From positions 1-38,975 of IMG/VR virus record IMGVR_UViG_3300027819_000029: a stretch of 38,975 nucleotides of DNA; one strand, given 5' to 3'. The DNA comes from a virus (taxonomy: Duplodnaviria; Caudoviricetes). How positions within the stretch are numbered: position 1 is the stretch's first letter; each line of letters begins with the position of its first letter. Under the pieces are notes generated by a model. The model was given only the letters and a program-made list of their open reading frames with translations. It was not told the DNA's origin and ran no database searches. Shown here piece by piece: positions 16,467 to 26,384 of the stretch. A program made the position numbers and the translations under genes.

Positions 16467-17120
16467 ATGAACGCGCTCGAAACAGATGTCCTCAACGCGA
16501 TTGGCGAATCCCTGACCGCGCCGGACGTGTACTCCGACCTGACTCCGGTCCGCGACTCCATCAACGCGGCGATTCAGGAAGTATGCCTCGCCTCCGGGTC
16601 GTACACGCGGGTGTATCACCTGCCCCTATACGCGGGGCGCTTCTTCTACCGGATGGAATGGGCCGTCGATCATTTCGCATGGGTGGTCGAGTGCTGGAAC
16701 CGTCGACAGCGGAATAAACTCGTCCAGACGGACATCTCCACGCTGGCCCTTCAGGACCCGTGGTTCCTTAAGAACGTCGGCCCGCCGAACCGGTACGCGC
16801 AGATCGGATGGAAGTATCTTGGCTTCGACCGTGCTCCGTCCGCCCACGGGGACACGCTGGAGATCACCTGCGCTGTCATCCCGAAGGCGTACACGACGGA
16901 CTCCGACCCGATCAAGTTGCGCCCCGTATTCCGGCAGGCGGCGACACAGTACGCCGTCTCCGAGTTCTTCGCCTCCCGGGGGGATGCGACCCGGGCGGGC
17001 GAGTGGCTGGCGAAGTACCTGGAGACAGCGGGGATGGCAGCGATGAAGCCGATGATGCCGGAGAGGACCTTTCAGGTCGGAAAGGGGCGTCCCGAATGGG
17101 GAGTTTCAACAGTTCCTTAA
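16467..17120 (+). CDS. putative head-tail adaptor protein
   Basis: 'INAAIQEV...Y.LP...GPPNRYA...P.A' pattern typical of podovirus adaptors; position. Confidence 0.55.
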   Translation: MNALETDVLNAIGESLTAPDVYSDLTPVRDSINAAIQEVCLASGSYTRVYHLPLYAGRFFYRMEWAVDHFAWVVECWNRRQRNKLVQTDISTLALQDPWFLKNVGPPNRYAQIGWKYLGFDRAPSAHGDTLEITCAVIPKAYTTDSDPIKLRPVFRQAATQYAVSEFFASRGDATRAGEWLAKYLETAGMAAMKPMMPERTFQVGKGRPEWGVSTVP

Positions 17121-18112
17121 CTCGAATGCGCCGATTCCTACGCGACCCGTCCGGCAACATTTGGGCGTCCGACTACCTCCGCCGCGTGTGGAACGAGGCG
17201 CAGTTGGAGGTATTCCAGAAATGCGGCCTCATCGAGGAAGTCGGCGCCTACGCCTACCCGCCGCAGTACACGTATGCGTATACCCACGACTGGGAGGAAG
17301 CCTACGCGGAGGGGGACAAGTATCAGGCGCTTGAACTGTGGCAGGCGGACGGGAAAGTGGTTTCGTTCCCCTGGGAGCCGGCGCACTGGCTGACCACCGT
17401 GGACACGTTCGATGATGGGTACCGTTTCACGATGCCGTTCGAGGCGGGGATCGCTTCCCCGGCGGATTACGTTCCGATGCCGCTCCATGCTCAATTCCAG
17501 CGGGCGAAGTTCGTCGCGTGGGATGAGTCCCCCATCTACCCGATCAGTCAGAAGGAACTCGCGGAGAACGACTGGAACTACCGCCTCTCTTCAGGCACCC
17601 CGACGAATTACTGGCGACCGGATGCGGAGCATAACCAGTTCGTCCTGTACCCTCGGCCCTCCGGGATCACTTGGCAGGAAGATGAAATCGGGGACGCCTT
17701 CTCCGATACCCTCGGCGAGGGACTTATCGCGTGGACGGAGGGTTCGGTCGATGCGGTAGACACCGGTATGATTACCGGCACGGTGGACGCCGCGGGCGCT
17801 GTCCTGATGGTGTTCGACCGGCTACCCTACGATGTCGAGTCCGACGATACGACGTGGGACTCCGACCTTGATCTGCCCGAGTTCGCCATCCATTACATCG
17901 AGGCGGCGACAATGGAGCGTGCGTTCGCGGCGGACACCGACGGGCATATCCCCTCCCTCCGGGATTACTGGAAACTCCGCAAGGAGATCGGCATCAACGT
18001 GCTGTTGGGATACAAGAGGAGCCGGATGAAGAACCGCGACTACTGCATCGGAGCGCCCCGGGAGTCTCGTCGGTCCCGGCTGCGGCTGCCGAGCACGTAC
18101 CCGACGGGGTGA
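17096..18112 (+). CDS. second adaptor-like tail protein
   Basis: Start taken at MGSFNSS (17096); 'WNEAQLE...GTPTNYW...FVLYPRP...LDLPE' adaptor-like motifs. Confidence 0.55.
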   Translation: MGSFNSSLTRMRRFLRDPSGNIWASDYLRRVWNEAQLEVFQKCGLIEEVGAYAYPPQYTYAYTHDWEEAYAEGDKYQALELWQADGKVVSFPWEPAHWLTTVDTFDDGYRFTMPFEAGIASPADYVPMPLHAQFQRAKFVAWDESPIYPISQKELAENDWNYRLSSGTPTNYWRPDAEHNQFVLYPRPSGITWQEDEIGDAFSDTLGEGLIAWTEGSVDAVDTGMITGTVDAAGAVLMVFDRLPYDVESDDTTWDSDLDLPEFAIHYIEAATMERAFAADTDGHIPSLRDYWKLRKEIGINVLLGYKRSRMKNRDYCIGAPRESRRSRLRLPSTYPTG

Positions 18113-18116
18113 CGGC

Positions 18117-18773
18117 ATGGCAGAGTTTCCGATACCCGCATCAGTTGAGACATTCCACCAGAGGTATCTCCGCGCCAAGGAAGCACTGCTGAATAAAAGC
18201 GTACCCAGGTCTCCGCAGGGCTCTCCATTTGCGAATGTTCCGCTGACTTCGGAAGGCGTGAATTACAACGCTGGAATACCACAGCGTATCGCGGCGATGC
18301 TTTTAGAGGGCATCCTCGGCGGGGAACCGGGAAGCCCCGAGATGCTCCAGTCAGGGGCGATGAGTGCCTTTGCAATGCCGATTACGGTACCTCCTTCGTG
18401 GGCACTAACCAAAAACGAATTTAGTAAATTAAACCCTTGGGCCTTATCCGTCGCGGAATATGACAATAAGTTCCTGGGCAAATGGAAGTCTGGGGTAATG
18501 ACTGATGAAGGTAAATTTATCACGGGGTGGGACCACGGAGCAGCGAAAGAAAACGCAATAGAGGCAGGATATAACGTTACTGCTCCGCTGGGAGAAAGGT
18601 CCGGGTGGAGGGTGGCAGGAGAAACAATATTACAATCAGAGTTCCCAGAGGGTAACCCAGATATGTTGCATTTAGCCATCGTTAGAAAGGCATTGCGGCG
18701 CGGAGAAAAAGTTCCAAACAAAGTATTAAATGATTATCCTGACATCATGTCTGAATACGGTGGATTAAAATAA
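18117..18773 (+). CDS. hypothetical protein, lower GC
   Basis: Intact ORF coupled to the next gene; C-terminal 'H.AIVRKAL..GEKVP.KVL.DYPD' motif. Confidence 0.55.
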   Translation: MAEFPIPASVETFHQRYLRAKEALLNKSVPRSPQGSPFANVPLTSEGVNYNAGIPQRIAAMLLEGILGGEPGSPEMLQSGAMSAFAMPITVPPSWALTKNEFSKLNPWALSVAEYDNKFLGKWKSGVMTDEGKFITGWDHGAAKENAIEAGYNVTAPLGERSGWRVAGETILQSEFPEGNPDMLHLAIVRKALRRGEKVPNKVLNDYPDIMSEYGGLK

Positions 18774-20647
18774 TGCCCGTCCGATTCTCCCCTGACGGAA
18801 TGCTCGATGTCGCCACCGATGCGTCCGACCTTCCCTTCTCCGCTGAGGGTAAGGTTGCGCTGTCCGGGGCGATGACGCGATGTACGAATCTTCATCTTGA
18901 TAGGCAAGGGGTGGCGTCAACGCGCAAGGGTTCCACTCGACTGTCGGACGCGGCGGTGGGCACTCCGGTTCACCGGCTTGTCGAGATGGGCGGGGTCCGG
19001 TACGCCTTCGGCGGGACGGCCATCTATCGAAACGGGGTGTCGCTCGCGTCGGGCCTGACCTCCGCCAAATGGTCCGCGATCAAGTACAACGCTTACAACG
19101 TGGCTACGCAGTCCATCTTCGCGCTGAACGGTACCGACCGGAAGAGGATCACGGGATCGACGGTTGCGGAGTGGGGGATCACGCCTCCGACTGCGGCCCC
19201 CACGCTTTCCGGCAAGGTCGAGGGGTACGCCTATACGCAGGGGTGGGAGTCGACCTCGGGCCACGCGACCGCCGGATCGTACCAGTGGGGCACGACCTCC
19301 GGGAATTACCAGATCACCTACGACTGGGAAGCGGACATCACGGAGAACACTTCCGACTCCGCGACGTACCGGAACTTCTGGTTCTTCGAGTTGGTGACGG
19401 ATTACTCTGTATCGGGGCAGAGGATAGGCGTCAAATACACCTACTGCCGCAAATCCGGCACGACGCTGGAGTGCGAGAGTAACCCGTCAGATGCGGCGTA
19501 CATCGAGGCAGAGACGGGCATCTATGCGACGTGGGCGGCCTCCGGGGATTCGCAGGTGACGCACGTCCGGCTGTATAGGACGCTGCTCGCCGGGGCCGCA
19601 TTCTACTACTCGCACGAGGTGGCGATTGGAACGACATCTGACGCCCTCGATGTCCCTGACGCATCCCTTGGAACCGAAGTGGCAACGGACCACGACCGGC
19701 CCCCCCTCGGGTCCGTCGTGGTCGGCCCCGACTTCAACGGGTACTGTTTCATCGCCAAGGACAACCTACTGTATTTCTGCAAGCCGAACCAGCCGGAATA
19801 CTGGCCCGCGCTCTACTACGTCGAAGTAGCGGCCCCGCAGGAGGCGCTGAAGGGTCTCTCCCTGTTCAACGGACAGGTGTACGCGCTGACCGGGCGGGAT
19901 ATCTATCTGAACCAAGGGACCGGGTACCAATCATTCTTCCCCCTGCGGCAGTCGGCGGTGACGGGGGCGGTGGGGCAGGATGGGATCCTCGCCGTCCGGG
20001 GGGCCGGGCTTCTTCACGTCGGCAATGATGGCGTGTGGGCGTTCTCAGGGGCTTCGGACGACAATATAACGAACGCCAACTTCCGTCCCGTATTCGAGGG
20101 GAACACGACGCAGGGTATCGACGGGCGGGTCCTCGCCAACATGGGGAATTGCTGGCTTATCTCGTATCACGGGAAACTGTACTTCGGCTTCCCGGGCGGT
20201 GCGGCGACGTACCCCTCCGAGGTCATAATTACCGACCTCGGTACGAAGAAGCCGGTCCACTACGACTACGGGATAGCGTTCTCGGCGGTATGCGTCGATG
20301 ACACGAACGACCGGATCCTTGCGGCGGACACCTCCGGGTACGTGTGGGTACTCGAAGACGCCACGGTGACTACGGACAACGCGGTGGCGATTTCATGGGA
20401 TTGGCAGACCGGGGAGGCGTCGGATCAAGTGAGGATGTTCTTCCCCCGAAGCGCCAAATATGATGTTTCGGTAGGAGGGACCGCGACCGCGCAGATCATG
20501 CTTGACGGGTCAAGCATCCAATCTCACACGCTGACCGGTTCCCGCATCGTGACAAAGCGGCTCATCACCGGGAACAATGGGAAGCGTCTGCAATCCCGGA
20601 TCTACGGCACGGGTGCTGTGGACATCTGGGCTGTTGAACTCGATTAA
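18773..20647 (+). CDS. tail nozzle/stabilisation protein (P22 gp10/T7 gp12-like beta-propeller)
   Basis: 624-aa beta-rich protein; 'LYFCKPNQPEYWP'; position before GNAT and ejection genes. Confidence 0.65.
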   Translation: MPVRFSPDGMLDVATDASDLPFSAEGKVALSGAMTRCTNLHLDRQGVASTRKGSTRLSDAAVGTPVHRLVEMGGVRYAFGGTAIYRNGVSLASGLTSAKWSAIKYNAYNVATQSIFALNGTDRKRITGSTVAEWGITPPTAAPTLSGKVEGYAYTQGWESTSGHATAGSYQWGTTSGNYQITYDWEADITENTSDSATYRNFWFFELVTDYSVSGQRIGVKYTYCRKSGTTLECESNPSDAAYIEAETGIYATWAASGDSQVTHVRLYRTLLAGAAFYYSHEVAIGTTSDALDVPDASLGTEVATDHDRPPLGSVVVGPDFNGYCFIAKDNLLYFCKPNQPEYWPALYYVEVAAPQEALKGLSLFNGQVYALTGRDIYLNQGTGYQSFFPLRQSAVTGAVGQDGILAVRGAGLLHVGNDGVWAFSGASDDNITNANFRPVFEGNTTQGIDGRVLANMGNCWLISYHGKLYFGFPGGAATYPSEVIITDLGTKKPVHYDYGIAFSAVCVDDTNDRILAADTSGYVWVLEDATVTTDNAVAISWDWQTGEASDQVRMFFPRSAKYDVSVGGTATAQIMLDGSSIQSHTLTGSRIVTKRLITGNNGKRLQSRIYGTGAVDIWAVELD

Positions 20648-20676
20648 GTAAACCTACATCGTCGGGGAGGTAGGAG

Positions 20677-21192
20677 ATGGAACGAGGGGACAGGTACGCC
20701 ATCTGGCCGATATGCAAGACTGAAAACGGATGGTCGGTGCCGGATGAGTTGCTGATTAAGTTGTGGCAGCGGATGGTGGAGGAAGGCCGGGCCGCGAAGT
20801 TGTTCTACGGTGGCACTGTGACGAATGCGGCCGAATGGATCGACTGGCTGAAGGATCCGAAGAATCTTCCAGTTATCGTGATGGACGCCCGGGAGAAGAA
20901 GATCGCATGCGTCGCGTGGCTGAACAACGTGGATAAGGGATGCGCGCAGATTCATTTCTGTATGTACGGGTATCCGCATCCGGGGATCGGCATAGTGGCG
21001 CTTAAGTATTTCTCTACCTTCCCCGGGCTGCGCGTGATCGTGGGCGTCACTCCACAGGAATACGCGACCGCCATCCGGTACGCCAAGCGTATCGGGTTCA
21101 TTGAGGTGGGGGCGATTCCGAACATGCTCGACATGGCGCACGAGGGAAGAAGGATGGGCGCGGTAATAACTTATTACGAAGTGGGGAGGTAG
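20677..21192 (+). CDS. GNAT-fold protein of the podovirus tail module
   Basis: 'AQIHFC...IVGVTP...AIRYAKRIGF.EVG.IP'. Confidence 0.65.
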   Translation: MERGDRYAIWPICKTENGWSVPDELLIKLWQRMVEEGRAAKLFYGGTVTNAAEWIDWLKDPKNLPVIVMDAREKKIACVAWLNNVDKGCAQIHFCMYGYPHPGIGIVALKYFSTFPGLRVIVGVTPQEYATAIRYAKRIGFIEVGAIPNMLDMAHEGRRMGAVITYYEVGR

Positions 21193-21195
21193 ATC

Positions 21196-21741
21196 ATGGG
21201 CGTCGGAAAAGGAAAGCAGACTCCAGCAACTTCTCCATATGAGGCGGCGCAGGCGCAGATCGCGCAGCAGACGTACAAGGAGACCACGCCGATCCGGGAG
21301 GACCTTCTCTCCCAGATGACGAATTTCCTGCAAGGAGGATTCGACCCCGCCAAGTCTTCCACGTTTGCTCCGCTGTACGCGAACGCCCGCTCCGGGATCG
21401 AGTCGCAGTACAACGTGGCGAAAGATAGCGTTCTTGGGAATACCCCGAGGGGAGGGGCGCAAATCAGCGCACTTACCGGGTTGGCGTCGGACCGCGCTGG
21501 TAATCTGAGCAACGCGCAGAATACAATCTTCTCAAGCATCTTCAACGACATCCTCCAGAAGGCCTACGGAGTGGCGTTCAACGCGCCGCAGCAATCAATG
21601 GCCGGATTAGGGCAGGCGGGTACTTCATACGCGGACAGGTACGGAGCCGCGAATCAGGCGTACAGCGCACAACAGAAAAACTGGATGGATCTTGGTACGA
21701 ATATGGGACAAGGACTCGGATCAATGCTCGGCTGGAAATAG
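21196..21741 (+). CDS. putative internal virion/ejection protein
   Basis: G/A/Q/S-rich; 'MGVGKGK' start; follows nozzle and GNAT genes. Confidence 0.55.
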   Translation: MGVGKGKQTPATSPYEAAQAQIAQQTYKETTPIREDLLSQMTNFLQGGFDPAKSSTFAPLYANARSGIESQYNVAKDSVLGNTPRGGAQISALTGLASDRAGNLSNAQNTIFSSIFNDILQKAYGVAFNAPQQSMAGLGQAGTSYADRYGAANQAYSAQQKNWMDLGTNMGQGLGSMLGWK

Positions 21742-21750
21742 GAGGAGGCT

Positions 21751-23025
21751 ATGGGAGAAGAAGACGGAGGAAACGTCCTGCTTGGACTTATCCCGGGATT
21801 CGGTCAGGGATTTCAGCAGGCACGAGAGGCGAAGAAAAAAGACGCCTACCTTGCCGCGCAGACGGATCTGATAAAGCAGGAGGCCAAACTTAAAGAGAAG
21901 GCCCTTGTCATTGAATCCATGAAAGAGGACATCTTCGGCAAAATGACGCCGGAGCAGCAGATGAGGGCATTGTATCCGAAAGCAGAAGGAGAAGAGTCAT
22001 TTAAGGAGATGTTGAAGACATTCGGAATGAATGCTCCCGGCGGCGTACCTGCTGCTACTCCTGCCGCACCTTTCGGCGGCGGATCTTCCATGTTTCCGTT
22101 GGATCCAAGCGTTACCGCCGCTCCGTCATTTTCACAGCAGGCCGCGAGCCTCCTTTCGCCGAAGCCGGAGTTCTCGTTCGACTCCACGGGCAAGATCATC
22201 GTGAAGATGAACCAGCAGAAGACGCGCAGGAGGGACGTTGAGGGCCCGGAAGGTAGGCCGGTTTCCATCCTCGAAACGGAAGAGGGCGTTGGGATCCCCG
22301 GCGGGGCGTTGCCGGTTCCGGTAAAGCTGGAGGAGAGAAAGAGGAAACTACCCGACGGAACGGAGATTTCCTACGACGTGGACCCGTACACGGGACGACC
22401 GGCCGGTGTTGGAGTAACGCCGAAGTCTGGTACTCCGTATCGCGTATCCGCCCCCGCACCCGTGGAGGAGTTCAAGTACACCGATCCGACAGGGACGGAG
22501 TACAGCGTCATCAGGAACAAGCAGACCGGGGCGAACGTTACCACTCCCGTACCCGTTGCCCCGATGAAGGGCACGCTCGCCACCGAAGGCGGAAAGATCG
22601 AAGGGATCACGAAGGGGCTGGAGAACGTAAAGAAGATCCGGTCGAAGATCATGAACAAGGACGGATCGGTCAATCGCGCATTGATCCTGAAGATGTGGGC
22701 GCCGATGGGCGGAATCGGAGAGGGACGGCAGATGAACAGCCTCTTCCGCGAAGCCCTCGACGTGAAGATCCGGTTCATGACCGGCGCGGCCATATCGAAA
22801 GAGGAGCTGCCGTTTTACGAGTCTACCTATCTCCCTCACCCGCTGGACTCCGATGAACTGATCGTCGACAAACTGAACCGTCAGGAGCAGTTCCTTCAGG
22901 GGGCGGGGGCCGCTGTAGACCCCTCGGGGATATCGGCAGGGAGGGTGAAAAAGGCTACGGGTAAACCTCCGGTGCTTGGGAAGGAAAAGCCGAAGGGACG
23001 ATTTGAGATCATCGGGGTGGAATGA
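21751..23025 (+). CDS. putative ejection protein
   Basis: 'G..QGFQQA' N-terminus and 'RFMTGAAISKEE' motif; synteny. Confidence 0.5.
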   Translation: MGEEDGGNVLLGLIPGFGQGFQQAREAKKKDAYLAAQTDLIKQEAKLKEKALVIESMKEDIFGKMTPEQQMRALYPKAEGEESFKEMLKTFGMNAPGGVPAATPAAPFGGGSSMFPLDPSVTAAPSFSQQAASLLSPKPEFSFDSTGKIIVKMNQQKTRRRDVEGPEGRPVSILETEEGVGIPGGALPVPVKLEERKRKLPDGTEISYDVDPYTGRPAGVGVTPKSGTPYRVSAPAPVEEFKYTDPTGTEYSVIRNKQTGANVTTPVPVAPMKGTLATEGGKIEGITKGLENVKKIRSKIMNKDGSVNRALILKMWAPMGGIGEGRQMNSLFREALDVKIRFMTGAAISKEELPFYESTYLPHPLDSDELIVDKLNRQEQFLQGAGAAVDPSGISAGRVKKATGKPPVLGKEKPKGRFEIIGVE

Positions 23026-24521
23026 TGCCGACCTACACGGCCCGCGATAGCCAGACCGGGAAAACGGTCACGTTCAAATGGAACGGCGAGGCTCCCCCGA
23101 CTGATGCGGACATGGGGGAAGTATTCGCGGCGGCAGGGAAGATACTTCCTCCTACGCCTCCGTCTTCGCTTGAACGGTTCGGCAAGGCCACGCGAGACAC
23201 CTTCCCCGTCGCTGGCGCGATGATGGGAGGAGCAGCAGGGGCGATTGCCGGGGGTCCACTTGGCGGTCTTCTTGGCGGTATCGCCGGAGGAGGCGGGGGG
23301 TCCCTGATAAAGCAGGGGTTGGATTATCTTTCCGGGGAGCAGGTTACTCCGGAACAGGCCGTGTCGAACGTGGCCGCCGATACAAAAGCAGCGGCTTACG
23401 GCGAAATGATCCCCGGGGCAGGGATTGCGGCGGCAAAGGGCGTTTTGCAGTCTCCCATCGTGCAGAAGGGGGCGGCGTGGGTTGCAGATGCGTTCCCTAC
23501 CGGGAAATATCTACTGAGCAGATACGCCAGCAAGTTTTACAGAGAAGTTCTGGCCTCCCGCTCTCAGGCGTTCGGAGAATTGATCGGGAAAGATATCCCT
23601 CCGGGGGAGAACATCCTGGAGGTCGGTCCTATTGTGAAAAAGGGTATAAAGTCCGAGGGGAAGAAGGCGTATGCCGCTGCGAAAGATATTGGCGGGGATG
23701 CCATTATATCCGTTCCGCAGTACCGGGAAAAATTGGGCTTGGCGGCGCAGGATTCCAAGATTATCTCTGACGACAAGGCATACAAGTGGGTTCAGGGCCA
23801 ACTGGAGATGTCTAAAAACGGGACAATGACGTTCCCGCAAGTGGATGCCGCGCAATCCAAGATAAACACGATGCTCTGGGGTAGGAGTCCCGATAGGGCT
23901 GAGAGTGTTTGGGGTGGCGGCCTGCTTGAGGATATTTCCCGATGGGATCAACGGCAGGCATCCCCGGAAAAACTGGCGCAGGCGTACCTAAAGGCCCGCT
24001 CCCTCTACAAGGACTCCCGGGGGTTCGACTCCATATATTCGGTATTCCGGCGAGGCACAAAGGTCCTGGAAGACGGGTCTGAGGCGCTGAACGTGGGGGC
24101 GGCGAAGGTGGAACTCAACCGGCAAGAGGATGCCATCGTCCGGCAGTTCGGAAAGACAGAAGGACCAAGGATTGTATCTAAACTGAAGGAGTTCCTTAAT
24201 CTCGCTGGCGCGGCCATGAAGGAAAGGAACATCCATCCTCCCGTATCAGCCGAACAACTGATGGCGCACGGTGTCGCTGCGGGGGCATTGGGATCCTTCG
24301 GAGTGCCGAAGGAGTGGCTTGTTGTGCCCTACGGGTTCTCTCTGTTCGCGGCTCATTCTGTTGCTTCACCAAAGGGGTATTTGAGGGCGGCGAAGGCGGG
24401 TAAACTTCCATCCATGCCACCTTTACTGAAACTCGGGGCGAAGGCGGGAACAATGAGGGCGGCGCAGGAATTACAGGATGACCCCACGCAGGGCGGCGCG
24501 ATACCGCTTCGGCAGGAATAG
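23022..24521 (+). CDS. putative ejection/DNA-transfer protein
   Basis: Glycine-zipper hydrophobic segment 'GAMMGGAAGAIAGGPLGGLLGGIAGG'; synteny. Confidence 0.55.
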   Translation: MMPTYTARDSQTGKTVTFKWNGEAPPTDADMGEVFAAAGKILPPTPPSSLERFGKATRDTFPVAGAMMGGAAGAIAGGPLGGLLGGIAGGGGGSLIKQGLDYLSGEQVTPEQAVSNVAADTKAAAYGEMIPGAGIAAAKGVLQSPIVQKGAAWVADAFPTGKYLLSRYASKFYREVLASRSQAFGELIGKDIPPGENILEVGPIVKKGIKSEGKKAYAAAKDIGGDAIISVPQYREKLGLAAQDSKIISDDKAYKWVQGQLEMSKNGTMTFPQVDAAQSKINTMLWGRSPDRAESVWGGGLLEDISRWDQRQASPEKLAQAYLKARSLYKDSRGFDSIYSVFRRGTKVLEDGSEALNVGAAKVELNRQEDAIVRQFGKTEGPRIVSKLKEFLNLAGAAMKERNIHPPVSAEQLMAHGVAAGALGSFGVPKEWLVVPYGFSLFAAHSVASPKGYLRAAKAGKLPSMPPLLKLGAKAGTMRAAQELQDDPTQGGAIPLRQE

Positions 24522-24839
24522 ATGACCGAACTCCGCCGCGTCTACCGGATAAACTCGTCCGACCTCGGGGAATTGAACCGGGTGCTGGCGGACCTCGCGG
24601 ACCGGATGGATCAACTGGAGGGGTACCGGGGCAAAGGTGATTTCAAGACGATCCCTTCCTCGGCTCAGGGGGCGTCCGCTTCGACGGATCTTGCAAGGTA
24701 CGGAGATGTCATCACCTATGCGGACGCGGCGGCTGGCGGCGTGTTCGGCTCCGTCATCGTCACCATATCGGCCAACACGCTGAAGATTTACGCCGTGGAC
24801 GATAGCGCCACAATTCTTCATGGAATGGGGAACGTATGA
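24522..24839 (+). CDS. hypothetical tail protein
   Basis: Operon continuity. Confidence 0.55.
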   Translation: MTELRRVYRINSSDLGELNRVLADLADRMDQLEGYRGKGDFKTIPSSAQGASASTDLARYGDVITYADAAAGGVFGSVIVTISANTLKIYAVDDSATILHGMGNV

Positions 24840-25111
24840 GCGCGACCGACGTTAAATCCCGGATCGGCCTTGAGGACCTGAAAGTGGGGATCGGGTCATT
24901 TGAGAGGCGCTCATCCACCGGGGCACTCATAACCTTCACAAAGATACACTCCATCGGGGATCGCGGGACCGCCGCTCCCACTACCGGAGAATGGACCCGT
25001 GGGGACATTCGGTGGAACTCGGAACCATCGGCGGGGGGCATCATCGGATGGATATGTGTCACTACCGGCACTCCCGGGACATGGAAGGAATGGGGGCTAA
25101 TAAATGCGTAG
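24836..25111 (+). CDS. short tail-spike anchor-like protein
   Basis: Both halves align by eye to the N- and C-termini of 26385..28157. Confidence 0.6.
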   Translation: MSATDVKSRIGLEDLKVGIGSFERRSSTGALITFTKIHSIGDRGTAAPTTGEWTRGDIRWNSEPSAGGIIGWICVTTGTPGTWKEWGLINA

Positions 25112-25121
25112 GGCATTCTCC

Positions 25122-25931
25122 ATGAAGAAGATCGTTGCGCTGGCGCTCGCCGCGTTGTTCTACCTGTCGATCCTGCCGCCGGTGGGCGCGGTCAACTGGA
25201 CCTTCACGGATAACGTGACCGTCAATGGGACGCTGACCGTGGTCGGTGCCCCCACCTTCACCGATAACACGATCAATGGGGCGGACCTCGTAGATTCCAC
25301 TGTGACCTCTGCGAAGATTCTCGACAACGCCATCGTCAACGCGGATATAAACTCTGCCGCGAATATCGCGGGGTCGAAACTCCTCGACAACTCCGTTACC
25401 TCGGCAAAACTCGTGGACAACACGGTTGCGATCTCAAAACTTGCCACCACAGGGACAGCGGACAATACTGGGTTCCTTCGCGGCGATGGTGCATGGGCTA
25501 CATCGGTAAGCACCACAGGGTTGAGTATATGCAATCTATCAAAATCTGCCACTCAAAGCATAACGGGGGGCGCTGAGACTTACATTATATGGGAAACAGA
25601 AGATAGCGATGTTCTTTTGGCGCACAACCCGGCAGTAGACAACACAATCATAACTATTCCAACCGGGTATACATACGCCAACTTCTACGTAACAACGCTT
25701 TGGAATGGAACTGCCACAGCGGGAGCAAACAGGCAGGCGTTGTTGACCAAAAATACAACCACAATCGCGGCGAATATCACTACTCCATATACAGGCGCCT
25801 CGGCAACAAATATGCTGGTGTCTGGTTGGATTCCTGTTTCAGCGGGAGACAATGTAGCCGTGAAAGCATTATCTACCGACAATGCGGTGCTTAATGCAAA
25901 TTATGGGTATTTTAGGGCGGAATTTAAGTGA
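25122..25931 (+). CDS. tail-fibre-like protein with predicted signal peptide
   Basis: MKKIVALALAALFYLSILPPVGA| leader; repeats 'D(N/S)xVTSAKI/L'; 'FLRGDGAW' fibre motif; C1q-like C-terminus. Confidence 0.65.
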   Translation: MKKIVALALAALFYLSILPPVGAVNWTFTDNVTVNGTLTVVGAPTFTDNTINGADLVDSTVTSAKILDNAIVNADINSAANIAGSKLLDNSVTSAKLVDNTVAISKLATTGTADNTGFLRGDGAWATSVSTTGLSICNLSKSATQSITGGAETYIIWETEDSDVLLAHNPAVDNTIITIPTGYTYANFYVTTLWNGTATAGANRQALLTKNTTTIAANITTPYTGASATNMLVSGWIPVSAGDNVAVKALSTDNAVLNANYGYFRAEFK

Positions 25932-26338
25932 AGATAGCAGGACCCATCACGATGGCGTTCGTTTTGTTCATCTTCGCGTCTTCGGCGGCAGCCTTAGATC
26001 CGTGGACGAAAACGGACACGGCGTTCCAAGCCGCCGTAGTCGCAACTCAGATAGCCGATTGGTCGCAGACAAGATATGCGGCAAGAAGTTGGAACTGGAA
26101 AGCGGAGGGGCGCGGCAACGGAACTCACGCTTATTACAAGGAAAACAATCCTCTATTGGGGGAGCATCCAAGCGGGGATAAAGTTGATTCTTATTTTGCC
26201 GTCAGTATTGTCGGGAATGCGTTGGTTTCTGCCATCCTTCCTAATCCGTACAGAAGGATTTGGCAGACGATAAGTATTGTTTATGAGGCTAATGTCGTGA
26301 GGAGGAATTACCAAGTTGGCGTAAGGATGAGATTCTGA
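25928..26338 (+). CDS. exported/membrane protein
   Basis: Signal peptide ending AAA|; 'DW.QT...E.NPLLG.HPS'; C-terminal Phe. Confidence 0.6.
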   Translation: MKIAGPITMAFVLFIFASSAAALDPWTKTDTAFQAAVVATQIADWSQTRYAARSWNWKAEGRGNGTHAYYKENNPLLGEHPSGDKVDSYFAVSIVGNALVSAILPNPYRRIWQTISIVYEANVVRRNYQVGVRMRF

Positions 26339-26384
26339 TGCGATTTCCGATTTCCGGCTTCACCCTAAAGCGATAGGAGGCCCC

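Noticed and set aside
16808-17095. Upstream in-frame extensions in the ORF track (also 10848, 28229, 29659, 30910, 34749, 37142 starts)
   Set aside because: They overlap the neighbouring genes extensively; downstream starts have an SD or stop-start coupling
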